A stretch of 64,000 nucleotides of DNA from Octopus vulgaris (lineage: Eukaryota), in NCBI GenBank assembly GCA_951406725.2, contig OX597817.1, positions 80,786,001 through 80,850,000 of the forward strand, read 5' to 3'. The number at the start of each line of letters is the position of its first letter. Positions within the stretch are counted from its first letter, which is position 1. Below, piece after piece: positions 53,412-64,000 of this stretch. Below the pieces are notes generated by a model. It did not search any database. It worked only from the letters and a program-made list of their open reading frames with translations, and was not told where the DNA came from. Position numbers and translations under genes: made by a program.

Positions 53412-53713
53412 CGCCCTTTTCAAGCCTAACCAGGTACATGGGCCTGGTTTCCCGGTTTCTGTGGCGTATGTGTTCCCCCTATCTGGACGGGACGCCAGTC
53501 CATCGCCGCGTTACTTAAGAAACAAGAAGAGACAGTGAGAGAAAGTTGTGGCAAAAGAATACAACAGGGGTCGCCACCACCCTCTGCCGGAGCCTCGTGG
53601 AGCTTTTTAGATGTTTTTGCTCAATAAACACACACAACGCTCGGTCTGGGAATCGAAACCGAGATCCTCCGACCGCGAGCCCGCTGCCTTAACCACTGGG
53701 CCATTGCACCTCC
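53412..53713 (-). mobile_element. Group C SINE, full length
   Basis: Reverse-complement match to 31745-32047. Confidence 0.85.
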
Positions 53714-54348
53714 ACGCCAGTACACAAAAGCCCAGATATATTTTGAAGCCTCGTTCAAACCTCGTAGCCCTGCGGACATTAGTACCAACCAATATTAAGA
53801 CCATTATCACCAACAACATTAATACCGCTTTCACCACCCTTTCTACCACCAATATCAACATTACTATCCCCACTAACAACAACAACAGCATTATCACTAA
53901 TGTCACTATCATTACTGTTACCTGCACTACTAGCAGCAGCACCAGTGCCACTATTCTCACTCACACCACCACCATAGTCAATGAGTTTCACCCCTGTGAT
54001 TTCATCAGTTTTCATTATTGTTTAAGAATAGAATTCGATATTGTAAAAGGCAGCTGGTTAATATATGGGTTCTGAATTAAAAAAACAACAACAATACGAT
54101 AAACAACAACAACAACAAGAGAAATAGTATCGCTAGATCGATTCAAAAGCAACAATAGCAATCGCAACAAAAATAACAATACGCTATATTATCAACAGCA
54201 ATATTAGCAACATGCCAAAACAGAGAAAAATTTGTTTTCATTTACTAGGCGGTTTTTTTAACTTAATTTCTTACGTTTTGGTTAAATATAAATTATAATA
54301 TTTTAGAAACCTCATAATGGACATCATCATCGTCATTATCAAAATTTA

Positions 54349-54380
<32 letters not shown>

Positions 54381-54939
54381 CCTGTATGTTTATTTGCATC
54401 TACCACATTACCATTACCATTGTCATAATCTCAATCGACATCATTCCCATAGCCATTATCGGAAGAGGAATAGTAGTGTAGTTCCACATTAACCCTGTTC
54501 ACGTAACACACACATACACACATACATACACACACACACATATATATATATATTAAAATATGCATATATACACACATACACCCAGATGCACATGTACACA
54601 CACCACTCATACACACTCACATGATATATGATATATGTATGGCCAAAAGCATCCCATCTATGATTATCCCATCTTTTCTACGGACATACATTATAATGTT
54701 TTCCTAGGGTCGTGAGGCGTAATTTGAGAAAGACTGTGCATACACTTCTAAGAGACCGAGCTTCCTCATTAGCTCAAGTCGCTCATGTCTTTCCCCGTGG
54801 TTCGTAACTCGTGGCTTGCTTAATATATCGATTATTAAATCCACAACTCTTTTGAAATTTTAAATCGTTTTGAAGTTTCGAATCAAACAAAAATAGAAAC
54901 TTAATGTATTGCAGGTGTGTTGACCAGATGTTTTGTTCG

Positions 54940-55325
54940 ATCAGCTAGCCTTCCTTTACAACAGCATCACCTGCACCGGACACAACCACCGCATCGTCCC
55001 TATTTTGGACACTTTTTGATATGCCACTAACAACCTCATATATGCGCTCCAATGTTCCTTCTGCAATTTGATCAATATGGAGCAAACTGGTCGCCGACTG
55101 TCCGACAGGTTTGCAGAGCACCACAGGAATATCAGATTTGTCAACAAGTCGCATGTCTCTCGACATTGCCGCTCCGCCGACCATAGCATATGACATCTCT
55201 CGGTTAACGGCTTGGCCAACAGTACTAGTTGTCCGACCATTCACTTTTCAGGGGAATCGGGATTTCACTTTCTTCAAACGTATATGCATTTCGGTCTTAA
55301 TTTACCAACTCAGTATTTTTAGTCT
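54940..55325 (+). pseudogene. Penelope-like GIY-YIG endonuclease remnant
   Basis: TNNLIYALQCSFCNLINMEQTGRRLSDRFAEHHRNI..VSRHC..DHS matches the N-x-I-Y...C..C...Y-I-G-x-T-x-R-x-L-x-x-R-x-x-E-H pattern. Confidence 0.8.
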
Positions 55326-56667
55326 GCCTTTTCTTCCCACCTGCTTCAGAACTACATAACTCTTCCTCTTGCTACTCCTTCTCTTTCCCACCCAGCATCG
55401 AGCCACGTACTCTTCCACAACTCTTTTCTTGCTCCTCACACTAACACATCTTCCACATACAAACATCCTCCTTAGACCATCCTTCCCCCATGCAATCACG
55501 CAGTTCGCTTACACGCACACATAAACACATATACACACATTTCTTTTCTTCTGTCATCTTGTCTTCTTGACATACAGATGCACATTCGAACGCTCACACA
55601 CGCACACACATGCATACATATCATCATGCAAACTCACGCACACGTACGTATACATACATTTATTCGCCCACTATTTTGTCTGTGACACCTACACACACAC
55701 ATCAGCACGTGGGTAAACACACGCCCACATTAAGCCACCCTTTTTATACGTGCACACGCATACACGTATACACACTGGCCCTCCCATATCTACGTTCTCC
55801 ACTCTCCACTTATACACCCATATACACGCATTTATACACACACCGGTATGCAGAGGTATACTCACCTTACACACACACATTCACACACAATCACACACAC
55901 ACACATAACATACATTCTGCCTCACTTTTCCACCCCTGCATTGGTTAACAGCTGCAAATCGTTTGTCACCTTTACTTCAACGTTATTTATTCGTTAATTT
56001 GCCAGCAGACACACACACACACACACACAAAACACACAATTACACACAGATGCTTATCTTGCTGCCTCCTTCCCATTATTCTCCATTATACTTCCTCCAA
56101 AAAAATTCTACATACATCGCCATATTTTTTTATACCACGAGCGTCCAAAATATTTTTGCTCTACAGGTGTCATTTCCCGCTTTAAACCTGTTCAAAACAG
56201 TTATTTCTTCTCCGTGAACTTTATCAGCTTCCCATCACGGTTGTCTCTTCTCTGTGGATTTTACCAGTTTATTACAATACTTTGAATCTCTATCAAAGTT
56301 TTCGGGCCTTTTACAGTGTTTTTATAATTTTTTGTCACTTTCTTTTCTTCTCTTCAAAGAATTCATCCTTTTTCTTTGTTTTTCTTCTTTTCACATTTTA
56401 ATTTAGATCTTCCTTCTATGTTAAAAAATTCATACTCATATGTAATTTTCTAATACCCACGCACACACACATATACACACACATTTTCTCACACACACAC
56501 ACTCTCTCTCTCTCTCTCATTCACACAGACATGCACACACACACGTCTATCACACTTACCATATTGCTTTTACAATTCCATTTCGTTCCCGAGTAATATT
56601 TTCTCTCACACTAGCGCCCGCTCTCAATAATTTACATACTTGCTTTCTCACCACCCACCAAACGATT

Positions 56668-56707
<40 letters not shown>

Positions 56708-56855
56708 ACACACACACATACACACACATAGACACACATATACACACATATACACACTCGCATACACACACACATACTTAATACTCAATACCTCCACTAT
56801 CCTGGGCCACTATGCTTCAAAACATTCACATCTCTACACATATATAAAAAATAAA

Positions 56856-57102
56856 TGCGCCCTTTTTAAAGCCTAGCCAAGCTCATGGGCCCAGTTTCCC
56901 GGTTTCAATGGCGTATGTGTTCCCCAGCTGTACGGGACGTCAGTCCATGGCAGCGTTACTCATTTTTGCCTGCTGAGTGGACTGCAGCAACGTGAAATTA
57001 AGTGTTTTGCTCAAGAACACAACGCGTCGCCCGGTCCAGGAATCGAAACCACAATCTTATGATCATGATGCTGACACCCTAACCACTAAGCCACGCGCCT
57101 CC
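56856..57102 (-). mobile_element. SINE with a CORE-like middle and the group C 3' tail
   Basis: Head GGAGGCGCGTGGCTTAGTGGTTAGG, then GTGTTCTTGAGCAAAACACTT, then tail GAAACCGGGAAACTGGGCCCATGAGC..GGCTAGGCTT. Confidence 0.8.
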
Positions 57103-57289
57103 ACACACACATATATACACACACATTAAAACACACTTACGCCTGCTTCTAGACACAAATGTAGTTTTATGTTTGCATATAGACACCTACCCCTTACTTG
57201 CTCTTTTAAATACACCCACTTTAGAAGAGTATTTGCACTTGGTTTCTAACATTTCTACTGCTTTCCTTTGCTGTCTGTCCTTCTTTCCC

Positions 57290-57430
57290 ACTCCCACTTT
57301 GCTTCTCTCTTCTGATGAAGGACTAACATCCGAAACTTTATGACATTTTCTCTTTCCATTAAAGCATAAAACCACTTGCGTATTTGTTAAAACTTGTTCT
57401 TTCTGTGTTGTATTTGGATCTACACTATAT
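57290..57430 (+). mobile_element. Penelope-like terminus with decayed hammerhead core
   Basis: CTGATGA-A-GGA-CTAACA-TCC-GAAAC at 57312-57336, downstream of the GIY-YIG remnant on the same strand. Confidence 0.55.
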
Positions 57431-58250
57431 ATGTGTATGTGTGTACTTACATTTTTAACTGGGAGAAGTTACAAAGTGATTCAAGGCCCAAAAATATTTA
57501 TAGTTTGGTAAGTGCCATTCAAGAAACTCCTCATCCTTGAGTTACTATGTAACTTTTGGTGACCAGACATAAATAATGTGTATAGATATCCATGGTTTGC
57601 GTTCTGTTTTTACTGCGTTCTTGTTTTTAATGTGTTTATGTGTGTGTCTGTATTTTAATTCATACCTGTGAATGTGAAAAAATATTTTTGGTTTCACCCG
57701 AAGGTCTCTCAGTCATAGAGAATTGTTGTATAACCATCAAAGAATAAATCATCTGTAGTTAAGAGCTCGGTTAATAACACATCATGAAACTCTAACAGGC
57801 CGTAAATCCAACTTGGATTGACTGTATATAATCGGTTGAAAAATAACATAACATTCTTGATTATTTGGGTAAACATAACTTTTACATTTACTTGACTTAA
57901 ATTAATAAAATTCATTATGCATCACTATTACGTGAAAAAACATTTGGTAGCGTTTATAATAATGAAGCGGATGATAAATACAATCAAAGTATGAACTACA
58001 TGGGAAATTTATGCCTCTCTGATTTTTCTGCTTTTCTGCTAAATATTTACATATGCTACATAGAGAATGGACTAAACAGACCAGGAAGAAACACGTGGGA
58101 TGGAGGATCGCTGAAGAGGTCACAGGACGTGTGACGAAAGATTTCCAGACAAAGGATATAAAATAAGAACAATAATAAATCTGATGTAAAGAACAAATAC
58201 ATTGTTCGTGTGTTTATTTAGCATCCCGAAATATAGCAATATAAATATAG

Positions 58251-58291
<41 letters not shown>

Positions 58292-58298
58292 CAATGAA

Positions 58299-58910
58299 GA
58301 GCAAATTATATGGTAGTGTCACATGCTAGAAGAAGATGTCAAATGACTCAAAAATTACCTTATTTATCACATAGACACGGCTGAAAGCGAGGGAAATAAA
58401 CAAAAAAGTTGTTTTTTTTAATATTTAGCCATAGATCAATAAATTTCTAATTCGGGGATATAACTTCCTTTACCACCATCAGTATGACATAACACAGCGT
58501 ACTTAATTTATACATACCATACGAACATAAACATATCCCCAGTGAATCTACAAATGTTCATACCTATATACGCCGTTTAAATCTAGTTATTCACACGTGG
58601 CTGAGATGAACTATCTAGATTTACACTGTGATACAAGCATGAACATTTGTAGATGCACTGGGGTTATGTTTGTGTTCGTATGGCATGTATAAACGTTTCT
58701 AATTTTATGTACGTTGTATTAAGTCATATTGATGATGGTAATGAAAGTTATATCCCTAGACTACAAATCAATTGATCTATGGCTAAATATTTTTTAGAAA
58801 ATCTTTTTTGTTCATTTCCCTCGCTTTCAGCCTGTATCTATAGGATAAATAGGGCAGTTTTAGAGTCATTTGACATCTTTTTGCGCGTGGCACTACTATG
58901 TAGTTTGCCC
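58299..58910. mobile_element. ~610-bp fold-back (MITE-like) element with ~290-bp imperfect arms
   Basis: Paired blocks AGATGTCAAATGACTC/GAGTCATTTGACATCT, GGCTGAAAGCGAGGGAAAT/ATTTCCCTCGCTTTCAGCC, AATATTTAGCCATAGATCAAT/ATTGATCTATGGCTAAATATT and ATCTACAAATGTTCAT/ATGAACATTTGTAGAT. Confidence 0.85.
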
Positions 58911-58912
58911 TA

Positions 58913-59301
58913 GTGGCTGTGTGGTAAGTAGCCTGCTTACTAACCACATGGTTCCGGGTCCAGTCTCACTACGTAGCATCTTGGGCAAGTGTCTTCTACT
59001 ATAGCCTCGGGCCGACCAAAGACTTGCGAGTGGATTTGGTAGACGGAAACTTAAAGAAGCCCGTCATATATATGTATATGTATGTGTGTGTGTTTGTGTG
59101 TCTGTGCTATTCTCCCCAACATTGCTTGACAATCGATGTAGGTGTGTTTACGTCCCCGTAACTTAGCGGTTCGACAAAAAGATCGATAGAATAAGTACTA
59201 GGCTTACAAAGAATAAGTCCTGAGGTCGATTTGCTCAACTAAAGGCGGTGCTCCAGCGTGGCCGTAGTCAAATGACTGAAACAAGCAAAAGAGTAAAAGA
59301 G
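58913..59301 (+). mobile_element. Group A SINE, near full length
   Basis: GTGGCTGTGTGGTAAG head, CTTGGGCAAGTGTC core, internal microsatellite, AAAAGAGT tail. Confidence 0.9.
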
Positions 59302-59332
<31 letters not shown>

Positions 59333-59393
59333 GTATATATGCACTCACATACATACATACATACATACATACATACATACATACATACATACA

Positions 59394-59424
<31 letters not shown>

Positions 59425-59434
59425 GTATGTATGT

Positions 59435-60172
59435 GAACAAGAGAGACAGTGATGCTCTTGTAATATGAAGGTGCAACCACCAGTATAGGCTATGTCATGT
59501 CTCTGTGGAAGACATCATGCATGTGATTAGCAGCGGTTCTAAAATCTCTTCACGGTACTACCCCCCTATGCGGCATGATGTTGTCACTAAAACAATTTAC
59601 AATACCATCCGCAAAAAAGACTGTCCTGAAATCAACTTAGAAAATTCCTGTTATGAAAAACATTCATAAACACCAACTCAAAGAATACTGGTGGAATATT
59701 CTCATCAAAACTTTTGTCAAATGTAAACATAACGGGCCGGATATAGTTGTTTGGGGCAGGGGGGAAGGTGTGTAGCGTAAGAGAGGTCAGCTGCCCTGCA
59801 GGTTTAAATATCTCTTTGAAAATCAAAGAAAAAGAAGATATTTATGGACAAGTGCTTCGAAACCTCCAGCTTCTATATCCAGACTATGAATTAATATTCA
59901 TACCAATAAAAATTGGAGCACTAAGTTTTGTTAGCAAATACTTAAAGGAGAATCTGGATAAATTGGGATTTCCAGAAAGAGAAATCGACCGGCTAATTTG
60001 TACATTGCAAGTGTAATCTGTGAGTGGAGCAGTAAAAATATGCAAGACTTTTCTCAAGTTCTAAATGTGAATTTGTCTGTGTTAACTACACCCCAAAGAT
60101 AGAGCCTTGTATTTGTGTTGAAAACCGGTCCCCTCCTCATTGGAAATTTATAATAATTAGAAACTAGAAGAT
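59435..60172 (+). mobile_element. R4-like/RLE retrotransposon 3' fragment between (CATA)n arrays
   Basis: MRHDVV, KEYWWNILIKT..KHNGPDIVVW..EVSCPAGLNISLKIKEKEDIYG..IPIKIGALS. Confidence 0.8.
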
Positions 60173-61345
60173 GCATACATACATACATACATACATACAT
60201 ACATACATACATACATACATACATACATACATACATACATACATACGTACACAGAAAGATGTTTATCACAATTTAACGGACAGCTACCAATCCATCGGAA
60301 GAAGCATTAGCTGTCACATTCGAAACAACTTCGCATACCCTGCTTTCATTGTGGTCAATGCCAGAATTTATCAACATACAGATCCAAAGAAAGAGTCAGT
60401 ATGATGTTTCCCGTTAAACTAGTAAAGGGGACCAAATATCCCTGAAACTATTTTCTATTTCTTTTAAAAAGTCGCGTAATATAGAAAATTCTGTCGTAGA
60501 CTCTTCGTGAACGAAAAATATGTTGGCTGACGCTGGAATGCATTTAATAATAGTTAAACTTGAAAAAAGTCGACATGCCATTTAGCAACAATGACTGCAA
60601 AATACAAATGGTACAGAATTATACAAGATATAGAAAGAAAATATAACATGTACAGACTGTTATATTGCATCCAGTAAAGACAATTTAATCACTACATATC
60701 AGAGTACGAAGTGGAAATCATTAGAAATAGACGTAAATAATTTGCGTACAGAAAAATATATCTGTGGATCGCACCAAGTTATTGACACATGAATCCGAAG
60801 GTAGATCACACGCTGACGTAGAAACCACACCAAATACAACTACAGTATCATCACAAACTATAGTAACAATAACAACCCTTTTGCGATCTCGAACTCAGAA
60901 CCGGCAATATAGGAAATAAAAGGCCGTGGTGCATTGTATTCAAATCAGTGCTTCAATGTCTCATCCTGCGTCACAACTTCGACCATTTATAAGTTTTTAT
61001 AGAATACATCCAGTAATGCCATTTTCTTCATAATCGATCGAAATATGTCTCTCGTGAGTGTGTGTGAGTGTGTTATTTTGTTTCGTTTAGTCCAACTGAC
61101 GACGACCTTGTTGGACATTAATAAAGACTTCGTTTTATAACTTAACGTTGTTAATAGTCGAATGTTACAATTATTAGTGTTTTACAACAGAGAGTTTGGG
61201 ATTGTTTTTGGTATGGAATCCAGACTTGGAGTTTCCTTTTCACTTCAAAACATTTTGAATCAAATCACGTACGCACAGATACATACAGACATTTGTGCAT
61301 ATTGGTATATGTATGTAAATATGTGTGTATTTGCGTATGCGTATG

Positions 61346-61392
<47 letters not shown>

Positions 61393-61509
61393 TACATATA
61401 TGTATATATACATATATATGCATATATACATGTATGTATGTAGGTATGTATGTATGCCTGCATGTATGAACGTACGTATGTATTCGGAAACACATATTTG
61501 TATATGTAC

Positions 61510-61550
<41 letters not shown>

Positions 61551-62336
61551 AATGTACACACACGCACATACATACATACATGTGTGTATAATATATAGGT
61601 GAAAGAAGCATACAAACATATTCATAATTATATATGTATGTATGTATGTATGTATGTACTGAGATGCATGCGCACATGCTTACACACACACACACACACA
61701 CAACTCATATCTCGCGCTGAGACTCACTAGATGTGGTAGTTGCCCGAAAATAGCAACCACTTAACACATGAGATAAAACGTGACATATATCGACGCCGAT
61801 TTGACTAGACTGATAATGTTATTTAGTATTATTAGTTGTCACCTATTGAATTGACACACAATAAACTCCGGCTGTTTCAAATTTCTGCTCTTCTTTTTCG
61901 ATTAAAACAATTCTCCAATACTAATGCTTCACATCGACTGAGAGTCTTTCTTTAAGTAAACTGGGTGTTAGGTTTGTGAAAATAGTCCAGCTTCCAGATT
62001 TTTATGCGTTTTGTGGTTTTTATCATTTATCTCTTAACGTTTACTTGTTTCAGTCATTGGACTGTGGCCATGCTGGGGCTCCACATTGTAGGGTACTAGA
62101 CGAACGGATCGACCCCAGTACCAATTTTCTTTTGTTTCAAGCTGGTGCTTATTCTATTGGTTAGTTTTGCCGAACTTTTAAATCACATGAACATAAGCAA
62201 ACCAACACATTGCCAAGGGGTGAAGGAACAAATGCAAACTCTCATACGTACACGCACACACATACGTATAAATAAATAAATAAATAAATAAATAAATATG
62301 TACATACATACATACATACAAATATATTCATATATA

Positions 62337-62974
62337 CGAGAAGTCAAAAGTTATCCTCAGTTTCGCCATAACATATCTTTGTAATTGTCACACTGCCTTC
62401 TGCGCATGCGTGCTTATACTTGTTACTGTTGTTGTCACGTGATTGAAGTTTGGGCCTGATCGCGCCATTTTTCTTTCTGGCTCTACACTGTAAATATGGC
62501 CGCTCCACCAGCACTGAGCACCCAGGAAGAACAAAGAGCAGTGATCCGATTTCTCTAGTCGTACAGTGAGTCAAGTGCTGAAATTCATCGGAGCACAATA
62601 CAGGGGTAGTGCACTACCATGTAAAAGTGTGTATGAGTGAACCGAGAAGTTTAAAAGTGACCGGACAAGCGTGACGCACGAGGAGGGAGCCGGATGCCCG
62701 TCAACCTTCACCACAGGTGAAGATTCAACAAGCTCGAGAGATTCACCATTACTATCTCTCGGATCACTGCTCGTTGTCCTTCTTTCGTGCTCATTGCTAG
62801 TGGCGCGACCATGCTTACAGTGTAAAACCAAAAAGAAAAATGACGCAATCAGGCGCAAACTTCAATCACGTGACCACAATAGTACCAGCTATAAGCACGC
62901 ATGCGCAGAAGACAGTGTGTCAATAATAAAGATATGTTATGGTGAAAGTGCGGATAATTTTTGACTTCCCCTCG
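62337..62974. mobile_element. Mariner-derived MITE built from two inverted 5' ends
   Basis: TA|CGAG(GGG)AAGTCAAAA.TTATCC TIRs within ~215-bp arms. The left arm and centre encode MAAPPALSTQEEQRAVIRFL..VYE*TEKFKSDRTSVTHEEGAGCPST. The right arm encodes MVAPLAMSTKEGQRAVIR on the minus strand. Confidence 0.9.
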
Positions 62975-62989
62975 TATATATGAATGTAT

Positions 62990-63184
62990 TTGTTTCAGCT
63001 ATTTGGCTACGGCCATGCTGGAGCACCGACTTTGGTCAAACAAATCGACCCCAGGACTTATTCTTTGTAAGCCTAGTACTTATTCTATCGGTCTCATTTG
63101 CCGAACAGCTGAGTTATGGGAACGTAAACACACCAGCATCGGTTGTCAAGAGATGACGAGGGACAAACACAGACACACAATCAT

Positions 63185-63261
<77 letters not shown>

Positions 63262-63285
63262 CATATAACACAGCTATGCCTGCGC
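62990..63285 (-). mobile_element. Group A SINE, internally deleted, with (GATA)n
   Basis: Tail matches 52650-52830. A short head remnant ACACAGCTATGCCTGCGCCT follows the (GATA)n. Confidence 0.75.
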
Positions 63286-64000
63286 CTATGCACAGCCGAC
63301 ATTGTAGGGTATTTGTGAGAGATCTGGCCAGTTTGAACATAAAACAGATTGATTTAATTGAACTGTACAATGCTAAAAGGTGAACTAGAGATTGACTCTG
63401 CAATTAATATCTTATTATCGTTTTTCTATAGCTGCATATATTTTAATGATAGACAGAACTGAAAGAGATACAGCTAGCCACTAAACATAGAAGAAAATAA
63501 ACCCAGTTTGCTGTCATTTGTGTGATTGAATAATTAGCTCGCACTAAAGTTTCGAGTTCAACCTCTACTGAAGGTAACATTTAAAGAACGGCAGGAAAAC
63601 ACATAGGAGTCACTACCTAGATGGACTCGGCTCCCTTAGAGTGACAGGAACTAACAGGCTGAAACATTTGTTTGACGAGTGTTCTTGCTCTGAAGATTTC
63701 TGCTGCTGTCCGCTTGCCCCGTATTATATTTCCACCTATTATACACTGAGTTATATCCTTGAGCAAAGCACCTCATTTCATATTTCTCCACTTTATTCCG
63801 CTAAAAGTGAATACCAGCCGAGTGGTGGTACAGATCTCCTTACAGCTAACACCTGGATGTGCCACTGAATGAAATGTTGGAAGGGTCGAAAGGATGACAA
63901 GGACTATTGGTGATTACATAAGCACATAAAACAGTTAGCGAAACCTTGGCATGTTACCAAGCTATTCTCGGTCTCGATTGAAGGCCAGCTCTTTATTTCT

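Noticed and set aside
61090-61117. Hairpin GTCCAAC..GTTGGAC containing CTGACGA
   Set aside because: There is no GAAA box or three-way junction, and a 7-bp stem is expected by chance.

Overview
This is AT-rich eukaryotic DNA made almost entirely of microsatellites and interspersed repeats. The repeat landscape, with its tRNA-derived SINEs and dense (TA)n/(TG)n/(AAT)n/(GATA)n arrays, looks like an octopod cephalopod genome (inferred, not verified). No intact host protein-coding gene is visible, and almost all ORFs in the track are microsatellite artefacts. Recognisable content: (1) a fairly young 5'-truncated RTE LINE at 13.6-16.2 kb; (2) five decayed R4/Dong-type restriction-like-endonuclease retrotransposon fragments, several abutting microsatellites; (3) a full-length defective Tc1 plus mariner, maT-like, rosa-like and hAT remnants; (4) three modular SINE groups; (5) many Penelope-like (GIY-YIG) remnants. 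Most notable are a structurally complete minimal type I hammerhead ribozyme (19864-19949) with several decayed relatives, three long fold-back structures (11.7, 58.3-58.9 and 62.3-63.0 kb), and two candidate non-coding minus-strand exons. I see no convincing wholly novel system. All calls are by eye, and repeat boundaries are approximate.
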